The notes under the pieces are model-generated. The model had not been told where the DNA came from. It was given only the letters and a program-made list of their open reading frames with translations, and searched no databases. Positions 36,829 to 48,094 of a stretch of DNA of 64,000 nt are shown here, in pieces (the first letter of the stretch is position 1; the number at the start of each line of letters is the position of its first letter). Both the position numbers and the translations under genes were made by a program. The stretch is from Utricularia gibba (Eukaryota; Plantae; Magnoliophyta): positions 4,030,001 to 4,094,000 of the forward strand of contig NEEC01000004.1 of assembly GCA_002189035.1 (NCBI GenBank), read 5' to 3'.

Positions 36829-39800
36829 TTACACAACTTTATCAAACAGAATTTTAGATATATGGCTATCGATCTCCTCAGTAGAGAAAAATGCCCTGTA
36901 GTAAGATGTCCGGGCAAACATAAAAAAGCTTTGCTTGATGTGCTTGGAGATGGCATCTGAGTCCTGGAAGGCCAGCTGCACCAGCAACTGCATGTCCTTT
37001 TCTATTGCTTTGATTGCTTCCTTGTTCCCCTTCTCTGTCAGGTAGAAGCAAATTTTGTGGGTGATCCCAGAAATAGCTTTGTATTCCTGCTCCAGAATTG
37101 AGTCTTTGGAGACTGTGTGCCCTCCTACAAGTTTCACCGTCAGAACAATGAGCTCCTCCACTTCGATATCCTTTTTGCTATTGTTTCGGATTGCATTTAG
37201 CCATTCTTCCCACTGCAGCATGATTTCTTGAATGTCATCATGAATGTGAATTTCTAAAATTACAGCACACTGATAGTAGGCTAACCGAATGACGTAAAAG
37301 TTCATGGATTTCGGTGTTGATCCATTTCCTTGCCTCTGTCTCTAGATCTTGTATGCATTCCATGAGGACTTCACCAAGTTTTGTGATGGTGTTTTCCCGA
37401 GAGCTACAAGATAGGACTTGATAGGATAGATTTTAACTAAACAAAGCTACTAAAGTGAACATGTACCATATCTTCGATGATTTTTCATTGAATTCACATG
37501 CTGCTAAGAGTGCTTGGGAGACAGTTTGTAACTTAGCCCATGCCATTCTCTCTGCTGTTCTCTCTTTCTCAAAGATGGTTGCTGCCGCTAAGAAGAAAGC
37601 TAGGAGGAGGTCATTTTTACACACTCCTGTTTCTTCCAGAGCGCAAGAACTGTACCAGCTGTGGGTCGAAAAGATAAAGCGTTTCACAAGTCATTCTTCG
37701 AGACATACTGCTTCCAAAATAAGGTAGCCATTACTCTTGTATGCAGTCCCATTCGATCTGATGTTGAGACTGGCATATGTTGAAGTCCAACTTCCCGAGC
37801 TCTAGGTACGCTTCTTGGTTGATTTCAGGCATCCTTGAAAGATGAAAGCATCATGAGATGACATTTTTATACATGAGTGCTGAAACGTTTGAATGGAAAC
37901 AGTTGAACCTGTACAAGGATTTGGCGATCCATATGTCATCTGGATCATATATCTCAAGATAAAACCGAGCTTCGATTCGAGGTAATGCAGCATACCATGG
38001 CATTTCCAGGCCACGCTTTATCTATGCAAAGAGGCGTATGATTTGAATATGCAGAAACATGTTTGACTAGTACTGTCAAAATGGTAATACCTCATTTGGC
38101 AGATGTTTGGAAATCAACCATTTATCAAGAAGTTGGTTTTTCTGTAGCCTTTGTTTTAGAAACCTCTGAGAAAACTCCCTGGCTTGTTCCAAAACCGATT
38201 CCCCAGGAAATAAAACTTGGGAAGCTCTATAGAGATTGAAAATTGGTGATGGGGATTCGAATCCTTGACCAACGTAGCAAGTAAATTCATCACCCTTCTT
38301 GAAGTTTATCAGTGCCCCTGCATGCAGAGAACATCTCATTTTCAAAGCATTGCCTTTATTCATAATCTGTTTGGTGAATCCTTTTACATGAAGCTTGATC
38401 CATCTTACTGGGAGTAACATCGTATCCGTGCAACCTAAGAAGTCTGAAAGCCATGGAGGTATCATCAATATCTGGAAAATCAGACTCTCTTGCGCTAAAA
38501 ACTCCTTTGTCAGTCCAAAACCTTGAATATTAAAATAGACTGGTTAAAACTCATGCTGACAGTGCGGCTTGTGTATATGGTAAATTGACTTTGCACCTGT
38601 AGACATAATCTAAGCAATTCCTGATCTCTGCTTCGAAGAACCGGGAGATCCCGAGGCGCTGAAGGCGATCAACTAACCAAACCCTTGAAAATATGTCCAC
38701 AGGATACGCAGTTGGTGCTGAATTAAAGCAACATAGTCAGACTTCAAAAGCTCAAGACGTTCAAGTGATGCTGAATGTAATTGTTTCAACCTCCTCCATT
38801 GAATTTGTCCACAACATACTTGATATATTCGATACAGCTTTCATTTTTTGTCTGTGTAATGGCATAGGAAGTTGAAGCGGGGGAGGTCAGGAAGCAGCCT
38901 TTCGGAGTCTGCAACCTGACCAGTTTCGACCACTGTAGTTTTCCAAATGATTCAACGTGCCCCAGCCCTTCCAGGTTGTAAAGTAAGCATGTTGGAACTT
39001 CATAGAGGAGATCCTTAGGCACACTGCAAGCAGTCCAAGCTTATCGAACTAAACAGGAGAATAATATTGTGTATATGCAACATGGCCTGCAGCCTCACCG
39101 TCTCATTTTCTCTTCTCTGACAGAAAAAATCTCTTGAATGGCAGGATCATTATAGGGAATCCCTTCAATGCCAAGTTCCGTAGCTTTGTCAAGAAGGGCA
39201 GGAAATACAACCTCGAATCCGCACGTCATATGCTCAGTCTTCGCCTCAGAAAGCTTGCCCATGTTCTCTTTGATAAACGCCACTCCTGTCAACAAAAAAC
39301 TCAAGGAAATGGATGAGATTGCACCATGCACAAGTATGCTGAATTCCCTAGATTTATCATTGCACCTTTTTCGATTTTATCATGGTGAACATCCCAATGT
39401 TTCAGTGCAACAACACAAGCTAGAGTATTGAGCAATCGATCATACACCAAGAAAAACTGCTGGTCACCCCATGAGCCATCAGAAAGCTGATTGTTGGATA
39501 TCCATGCTAGACTCGATGGGAAGTGTGGAGTATGTGCATCACTTCCCTGAAGATTTTCAATGAGAGCAACCCATGCAGTGTCATAAGGCGATACAGATAT
39601 TCTCCCATCATCCATCGAGCTCAGTAAATTCTTGATAAAGGTGATATACTCCCTCTCCTCCTGTTAACAGGAAACATGCGAGAAGGGATTGTTTCTTCAG
39701 GTAAATAAATTTATACTCTGTTCGCGTGTTTTCTTAGGCAGTAGAAGGTGCTCTTACCTCATTCTTTCCAAGCATTCTATCATCACACACATCTTTCTCT

Positions 39801-40024
39801 ATGTATACTCTTGGCACCTTTACTCTACCTGCAACCAAGTTATATTTAGGACAATATTACGATTCTGAGAACATCCGGAAGCATGCCATACCTTTGAACT
39901 GCCTGAAACAGAGGGAGCTGGTGTTGAGGATTGAACATGGCTTCACGTTCACTGGAGATGGGATAGATTTAGACAGCGAATATGCAAAGCTGAACCCGAG
40001 ATGAGGATTCACAAATGCATGCAT
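36829..40024 (-). CDS. CPS: Class II diterpene cyclase (TPS-c, CPS-like), copy A (LLYNLEG / APTAYPVD)
   Basis: 13 exons by hand. Plastid-type N-terminus; [12 protein letters not shown]; QLSDGSWG; [16 protein letters not shown] (DXDD); no DDXXD; ends KILFDKVV*. No stop or frameshift found. Confidence 0.93.
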
Positions 40025-41545
40025 GCTTGATGGTCACTGATGTCCTGATGCGTCACAGCACAACACAGTTTTCTTCTGTTTATGTTGGGACTGATGGCCC
40101 TTCAACTTTAGATCACTAGCAGAAATGTGCCCTTGTTGAAGAATGTTTTCCTTCGTCTTGAAACTGCAGTAAGAAAAGTTAGAATGCGAAACCTCATATT
40201 TGGCTCTTTGTTGCCATTCAACATCACCTTCTCTAGACAACAATCTTTATCATAAATGCCTACATGCCTTGTAAAAGCAGTTGCGGTGGTGCCAAACACA
40301 TTACTAAACTGGAATATATACAATACAGCACCCGCAACAGCTGATGGCAGAGAAGCTTCCTGCTACAAATCTGTATATACCTTATCTTCAGCAAATCACA
40401 TAACGAGGACAGATATTAGACAGAATTTGGAAGTTGGATAGAAGTATAAACCTGATAAGCTTCCTGAAGCAGTCACCAGAATCCCCTTTGCGTTGGTGTG
40501 TCACTGGCTTCTTCTCTTTGGAACTATACTGAATCCAAGAGAAACATAAAACTTGAGAGGTTCTGAAAAACTAAATTCTAATACAAAAAGAAGTCTTTTA
40601 TATATTTACTAAATTCTAGTTAGGATGTGACTGTCCCCCATTTACTGGTTGCCCATTCCCTTCACTGTTTTTTACACGTGACCGGTGACCCTACCCAAGT
40701 CCGGCGGCTGTTGGTTTCCGCATAGTCCAGTCCTTGTTACACAAAGTCGGTGTTTGATAGGTATATTAATATATATTATCTCGATATAAATTTATCTTGA
40801 TTTAAGATATAAAAATAAAGAATAATGACAAATGGATATATTTGAAAAATACTCATCTCTCTGCTTTTTATTTTGAAAATAATTATTCTTTCAAAACATT
40901 TTTGGACCAACAAATTCCTAGATATTCATTCCATCATATAATTTATTTAAATTAAAATATATTTAATCTTGAAATTTTTATTAAATAATTATTATTGTAT
41001 TCGAAAAAAAATTTCATATAAAGTATACATTTAGCAGTTATAGCTTTGTTTTAATAATATTCTTTTTTTGTGTTGGTCCATTTGGCACGTGTATTGTAAT
41101 TATTTATATAAGGTTGTGACACTTAATAGATCATGGTATTCAATGTGCGTGTCCCTTTGAATAATAATTTTAGTCAATATGCTGGTTATGTTAGGTGCTA
41201 TTTTATATTAAGATTTCAATTTTAGTTTTGAGTTGCTTGTAACAATCCATTGAATCAATACTTTCGGAATTTTGTAGTAAATCATCGTTGAAATCCGTTG
41301 AACTAGAGTTGAAACTAATCAAATTATACATGACTTCAGAAGGAGATGCTGAATGGGAACAAAGAGCCAAATATGAGGTTTGGCATCCTAACTTTTCATA
41401 CTGCAGTTTCAACACGAAGGAAAACATTTTTCAACAAGGGCATATTTCTGCTAGTGATCTAAAGTTGAAGAGTAATCAGTCCCAATATAAACAGAAGCAA
41501 ACTGTGTTTTGCTGTTATGCATTAAGACATCAGTGACCATCAAGC
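40025..41545. promoter_or_regulatory. Divergent intergenic region of the two cyclases, with two G-boxes
   Basis: ATGs at 40024 (-) and 41546 (+). CACGTG at 40675-40680 and 41086-41091. Function inferred only. Confidence 0.5.
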
Positions 41546-44500
41546 ATGCATGCATTTGTGAATCCTCATCTCGGGTTCAGCTTTGCATATTCGCTGTCTA
41601 AATCTATCCCATCTCCAGTGAACGTGAAGCCATGTTCAATCCTCAACACCAGCTCCCTCTGTTTCAGGCAGTTCAAAGGTATGGATGCTTCCGGATGTTC
41701 TCAGAATCGTAATATTGTCCTAAATATAACTTGGTTGCAGGTAGAGTAAAGGTGCCAAGAGTATACATAGAGAAAGATGTGTGTGATGATAGAATGCTTG
41801 GAAAGAATGAGGTAAGAGCACCTTCTACTGCCTAAGAAAACACGCGAACAGAGTATAAATTTATTTACCTGAAGAAACAATCCCTTCTCGCATGTTTCCT
41901 GTTAACAGGAGGAGAGGGAGTATATCACCTTTATCAAGAATTTACTGAGCTCGATGGATGATGGGAGAATATCTGTATCGCCTTATGACACTGCATGGGT
42001 TGCTCTCATTGAAAATCTTCAGGGAAGTGATGCACATACTCCACACTTCCCATCGAGTCTAGCATGGATATCCAACAATCAGCTTTCTGATGGCTCATGG
42101 GGTGACCAGCAGTTTTTCTTGGTGTATGATCGATTGCTCAATACTCTAGCTTGTGTTGTTGCACTGAAACATTGGGATGTTCACCATGATAAAATCGAAA
42201 AAGGTGCAATGATAAATCTAGGGAATTCAGCATACTTGTGCATGGTGCAATCTCATCCATTTCCTTGAGTTTTTTGTTGACAGGAGTGGCGTTTATCAAA
42301 GAGAACATGGGCAAGCTTTCTGAGGCGAAGACTGAGCATATGACGTGCGGATTCGAGGTTGTATTTCCTGCCCTTCTTGACAAAGCTACGGAACTTGGCA
42401 TTGAAGGGATTCCCTATAATGATCCTGCCATTCAAGAGATTTTTTCTGTCAGAGAAGAGAAAATGAGACGGTGAGGCTGCAGGCCATGTTGCATATACAG
42501 AATATTATTCTCCTGTTTGGTTCGATAAGCTTGGACTGCTTGCAGTGTGCCTAAGGATCTCCTCTATGAAGTTCCAACATGCTTACTTCACAACCTGGAA
42601 GGGCTGGGGCACGTTGAATCATTTGGAAAACTAGAGTGGTCAAAACTGGTCAGGTTGCAGACTCCGAAAGGCTGCTTTCTGACCTCCCCCGCTTCGACGT
42701 CCTATGCCATTACACAGACAAAAGATGAAAGCTGCATCGAATATATCAAGTATATTGTTGACAAATTCAATGGAGGAGGTAGAATCAATCACGTTCAGCA
42801 TACATTTAGCATCACGTGAACGTCTTGAGCTTTTCAAGTCTGACTGTGTTGCTTTAATTCAGCACCAACAGTGTATCCTGTGGACATCTATTCAAGGCTC
42901 TGGGCAGTTGATCGCCTTCAGCGCCTCGGGATCTCCCGGTTCTTCGAAGCAGAGATCAGGAATTGCTTAGATTATGTCTACAGGTGCAAAGTCAATTTAC
43001 CATATACACAAGCCGCACTGTCAGCATGAGTTTTAACCAGTCTATTGTAATATTCAAGGTTTTGGACTGACAAAGGAGTTTTTAGCGCAAGAGAGTCTGA
43101 TTTTCCAGATATTGATGATACCTCCATGGCTTTCAGACTTCTTAGGTTGCACGGATACGATGTTACTCCCAGTAAGATGGATCAAGCTTCATGTAAAAGG
43201 ATTCACCAAACAGATTATGAATAAAGGCAATGCTTTGAAAATGAGATGTTCTCTGCATGCAGGGGCACTGATAAACTTCAAGAAGGGTGATGAATTTACT
43301 TGCTACGTTGGTCAAGGATTCGAATCCCCATCACCAATTTTCAATCTCTATAGAGCTTCCCAAGTTTTATTTCCTGGGGAATCGGTTTTGGAACAAGCCA
43401 GGGAGTTTTCTCAGAGGTTTCTAAAACAAAGGCTACAGAAAAACCAACTTCTTGATAAATGGTTGATTTCCAAACATCTGCCAAATGAGGTATTACCATT
43501 TTGACAGTACTAGTCAAACATGTTTCTGCAGATGCAAATCATACGCCTCTTTGCATAGATAAAGCATGGCCTGGAAATGCCATGGTATGCTGCATTACCT
43601 CGAATCGAAGCTCGGTTTTATCTTGAGATATATGATGCAGATGACATATGGATCGGCAAATCCTTGTACAGGTTCAGCTGTCTCCATTCAAAACATTTCA
43701 GCACTCGTGTATAAAAATGTCATCTCATGATGCTTTCATCTTTCAAGGATGCCTGAAATCAATGAAGAAGCTTACCTAGAGCTCGGGAAGTTGGACTTCA
43801 ACATATGCCAGTCTCAACATCAGATCGAATGGGACTGCATAAAAGAGTAATGGCTACCTTATTTTGGAAGTAGTATGTCTCGAAGAATGACTTGTGAATC
43901 GCTTTTTCTTTTCAACCCACAGCTGGTACAGTTCTTGCGCTCTGGAAGAAACAGGAGTGTGTAAAAATGACCTCCTCCTAGCTTTCTTCTTAGCGGCAGC
44001 AACCATCTTTGAGAAAGAGAGAACAGCAGAGAGAATGGCATGGGCTAAGTTACAAACTGTCTCCCAAGCACTCTTAGCAGCATGTGAATTCAATGAAAAA
44101 TCATCGAAGATATGGTACATGTTCACTTTACTAGCTTTGTTTAGTTAAAATCTATCCTATCAAGTCCTATCTTGTAGCTCTCGGGAAAACACCATCACAA
44201 AACTTGGTGAAGTCCTCATGGAATGCATACAAGATCTAGAGACAGAGGCAAGGAAATGGATCAACACCGAAATCCATGAACTTTTACGTCATTCGGTTAG
44301 CCTACTATCAGTGTGCTGTAATTTTAGAAATTCACATTCATGATGACATTCAAGAAATCATGGTGCAGTGGGAAGAATGGCTAAATGCAATCCGAAACAA
44401 CAGCAAAAGGGATACCGAAGTGGAGGAGCTCATTGTTCGGACGGTGAACCTTGTAGGAGGGCACACAGTCTCCAAAGACACGATCCTGGAGCAGGAATAC

Positions 44501-44752
44501 AAAGCTATTTCTGGGATCACTCACAAAATTTGCTCCTACCTGACAGAGAAGGGGAACAAGGAAGCAATCAAAGCAATAGAAAAGGACATGCAGTTGCTGG
44601 TGCAGCTGGCCTTCCAGGACTCAGATGCCATCTCCAAGCACATCAAGCAAAGCTTTTTTATGTTTGCCCGGACATATTACTACAGGGCATTTTTCTCTAC
44701 TGAGGAGATCAATAGCCATATATCTAAAATCCTGTTTGAGAAAGTTGTGTAA
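41546..44752 (+). CDS. CPS: Class II diterpene cyclase (TPS-c, CPS-like), copy B (LLHNLEG / APTVYPVD)
   Basis: 13 exons splice in frame at GT-AG sites. Same motifs as copy A, including DIDD at ~43108-43119; ends KILFEKVV*. Confidence 0.94.
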
Positions 44753-44931
44753 TAACTTCGGCTTGCTGAGAACATAAGGTCAGAAATTTCATATGTCTAT
44801 TCTCCTGTGTTTGTTTCTATACATTCAACTCTTCTACAGGTATTATAAGAGCGGTTGCTGACTCTTTCATTCAGGTCTTGCAACTTGAAACAGTTTGTCA
44901 GCTTCATTTCGAAGATAACATTTGCCTTCTT

Positions 44932-45566
44932 GTACATGAACGCCTGTCGGAGACATTGGCGATGATGAAACCTAAAAATACCTGAACGAGATGCAATTGT
45001 TAATACAGAAGCAAAACGAATGATGAAGGCCAAGATTCCAGAACAACACAGCACCCATCTGAACACAACCGATGATGAGTACAGCTGAGTAGTGCCTCCC
45101 ATGGACTAGCATATCAGCCAGCATTGCCACTGGAATCGTTAAGGACATGCCCAATGTTGCCACCAACGGAGTTGTCCAGATGACTGCTGGACCCCTGTTT
45201 TGATTATCACAAAGCAAGTCTAGATTGAATGACTACCACATAAGGCAAAAGATCTTACTTTGATGGCGATAGTATTTAAAGTCCAGAAATTGAGGAGGGT
45301 TCATACCATAGGTAATCAGAAAGAACACTTCCTACAATGCCACTAAGCAAAATGGCCTCAAAAATCGATCCTGAACTTGGAAGACTGAAAAATTCGCGCC
45401 CGCTTCCAAGAGAACTAAGTGGCAAGCTGCACAAAAGAACCAAGCCGATAGGATTCTTTGGGTTTTCAATCTTTATACGTATAACTGTAAAATTGATGAA
45501 GTTCCAGCTTGAACAGGTGTACGAGAGGATCAAACATGACAAAAGTACATCAATGGAAGGTGTCCT
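44932..45566 (-). pseudogene. 5'-truncated duplicate of the EamA transporter (last exons only)
   Basis: Mirror of 36010-36664: GSVLSDYLW, TTPLVATLGMSLTIPVAMLADMLVHGRHYS. It begins inside an intron and has no ATG or promoter part. Confidence 0.9.
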
Positions 45567-45919
45567 CTCCCCTCCAGTGGGGAGATGGGAATGCTAATAA
45601 ATTGTGTTAAGACGGGTAAAATGCTAATAAATTGTGCTAGTAGGGTAAATTGCATATTAAATACATTTGAAAACAGTAAAAGACCGACTGTTGAAAAATA
45701 CTCATCTCTCTTTTTTCTAGTTTGAAAATACACATACTCTCAAAACACTTTTTGATAAATACCTATACTTAATATTTGTTTAAAATTGAATACAAAAAAA
45801 TTAAATACATTGACAATCTATATTCATATTCATTATTTTATTAAAATTTTTAAAAATAAAAATAAATGTTATATTCTTTGTATTTAAATGTTATATCTAT
45901 ATAATATTGTGCCGCTAAT

Positions 45920-46230
45920 GAATCACCATGCTTAACATTTCAACCAACTTTGCCATGGTCTTTACTTCCTTAGTTCCATTGTTGCCATTGGTTTGGCGTT
46001 GTCCACGTCCCTATGTTCCGGCTTCCCTCCTTGAACTAAGCTAGCACTAGTTCTAACCATTTTGCCAGCACAATACTCTGGTTAGTTCTCGTTAATTCAC
46101 GTGTTACCTTGACCTTACAGATGGCGGGGATGGTCTGAGCAATGATATATCCTCCTATGTGGTCCGCCACGAACCTAACTCTAATACCATTTGTGACGGT
46201 CCGTCAAGACACCTAGTCGAGCAACCATCA
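45920..46230 (-). mobile_element. Ty3/Gypsy (chromovirus-like) 5' relic
   Basis: Minus-strand PBS-like TGGTATTAGAGT (46178-46189) next to an LTR end (TGTGACGG on + at 46192). ATGGTTAGAACT (MVRT gag-start-like) at ~46060. Confidence 0.45.
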
Positions 46231-48094
46231 TCAAAGACACAAAAATGTATGAGACGCTATCAATAATAAAGTTTGCTAGTATTGAATGTCTATTAAAGAT
46301 AGTTGTATCAACTTATGGTTGAATAATGAAAAAATGTAATTGTTCAATAAACTAAGAATAAGATTTAAGATTTTCATCATTCACAATAATATAAACAGTT
46401 GATATAATAAACAATAATAAATAATTTACGATCATAAAAAATTAAATTTAGATAACAAAAAATAACAATTCATTATTTCAGAGTATAAATATTATCATGC
46501 ATAAAAATGAGTTACATCAATTGAAAGGATGAGATTACACAATTTGGATTCGATTGTATATCATAAACTGATTATTCTACAATTGTATTTGAATTTATCT
46601 ATTGGAGCACAAACATATGGCAAGACAAGTTATTCATTAATGATTCCTAAGATACCTGAATAAATTCAAATCCATGTTGAACACTGAATCAAACCTTTTC
46701 ATAATCAATGATATAATTGTATTCGATTTGTATCTCAACAATTACCTTACGAATCCTTAACTCTAAAATAAATAAATAAATATTTGAAAATAATGCTAAT
46801 AGAGAAAAAAAATAAATAATAAACAATTATATTATCTTGTATATTTTAAACATAGTCTATCAAATCTCATTCAATGAAAATCACATAGATATTTCTATAT
46901 TTGAATCCCTCAATTCTACTTCAACAAGTATGAAGATAAAAAAACTTTAAATTATTAGAACTCATCTCTCTATGATTTATAAAGACTAATATGAAACTCA
47001 TATTGCATTATTGAAGTAGAATAGCATTTTAATACCAAATGCTTTGATTTACTTTCAATAACACAAAATTAAAAATGTTTTTTTATGTGCCAATGACAAA
47101 AAAAAATCTTCTTCTTTGGATTTAAATTCAATCCTATTTCTCAAACAAAATTATCAAGATCCTAGCTAATATACACTCATTTGTCTACAAATTCATTGGC
47201 CAACATTAGTTCCCCCACTTTGAAATAAATAGTCAATCATTTAGAAGCATTGTTTGAAATTGATATCTAAACTTGATGTATGTAAAATAGAAACTTATGA
47301 TAATTGATTTTTTATATTAAAATATTCTTAAAACCTATCTTTATCTATGTTTCCAATTGTTGTTGACTTATGTTTTGATTCAAAAGACGAAGAATCAGAA
47401 TCGTATATTAGTAGTGAATTAGATGTTATTGTACTATCAAACTTTTCAATTGAAAAAGTAAGGAAATTATAAAACTAAATGAATTATATTTGATTGAAAT
47501 ATGTATTTATCTAAAATTAATCTAATTTTTAATTTATTCCATGAACACCATATCAATTTAAAAAAAAAAAAATCCGCCCCTCAATTATTGGATCTCAAGC
47601 ATCTAATTTGATTGTGGATTGAGTACTAATCTAACCCAATAAATAATCGGACTAGAACCATATTATTAATGACTATATGTAATTGAGGTTTAGCTCGACC
47701 TTAATCCAAAACTTGGCGATAATACTTTGAAATAGGGTTGGGCTAGCTTGGTGCAACCCAATTTTCATTTCTAGTGACGAGAGTATTAATTATTAGGTGA
47801 GTCTTTCGGTTCTCAAGCAATATTCTTTATTAGTAGATATAAAGAAACTCAATTTCTCCAATACACCACATCACAACTTATTTTGTCATTACACCATGGG
47901 AGAGGAGGGCTTTACAAGCCAAATGAATTTGAATTGGACTCCTCAGGTTCCATTCGTGATTTTATAATGTTTCCTCTGCAAATTGGTGTTCACAGAGTGC
48001 TGTTCTTGCCAGCGAAGCATGCCTTCAACCTCATCGGATAATGGGTAAGCCTTAGATATAACGAGTGGCGAAGGGGGCAGCCAAGAAATTCAGG

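Larger units (their letters stand above)
36010..45566. repeat. Large inverted segmental duplication: arms ~36010-40232 and ~41338-45566, unique spacer ~1.1 kb
   Basis: Mirror-image ORFs (e.g. 39301-39615 - = 41954-42268 +; 38076-38468 - = 43112-43504 +). Introns and UTRs also align by eye. Confidence 0.97.

Noticed and set aside
37985-38015. Possible extra base (frameshift) in exon 9 of cyclase copy A
   Set aside because: The ORF track translation (37802-38014, AWKCHGM) matches the copy B spacing, so there is no indel.
36829-44752. Calling this a full biosynthetic gene cluster
   Set aside because: No class I diTPS/KSL, P450, 2-ODD or acyltransferase is present in the window. Only the cyclase pair is supported.
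43894-44752. Bifunctional class I/II diterpene synthase
   Set aside because: There is no DDXXD or NSE/DTE motif in the alpha-domain exons.
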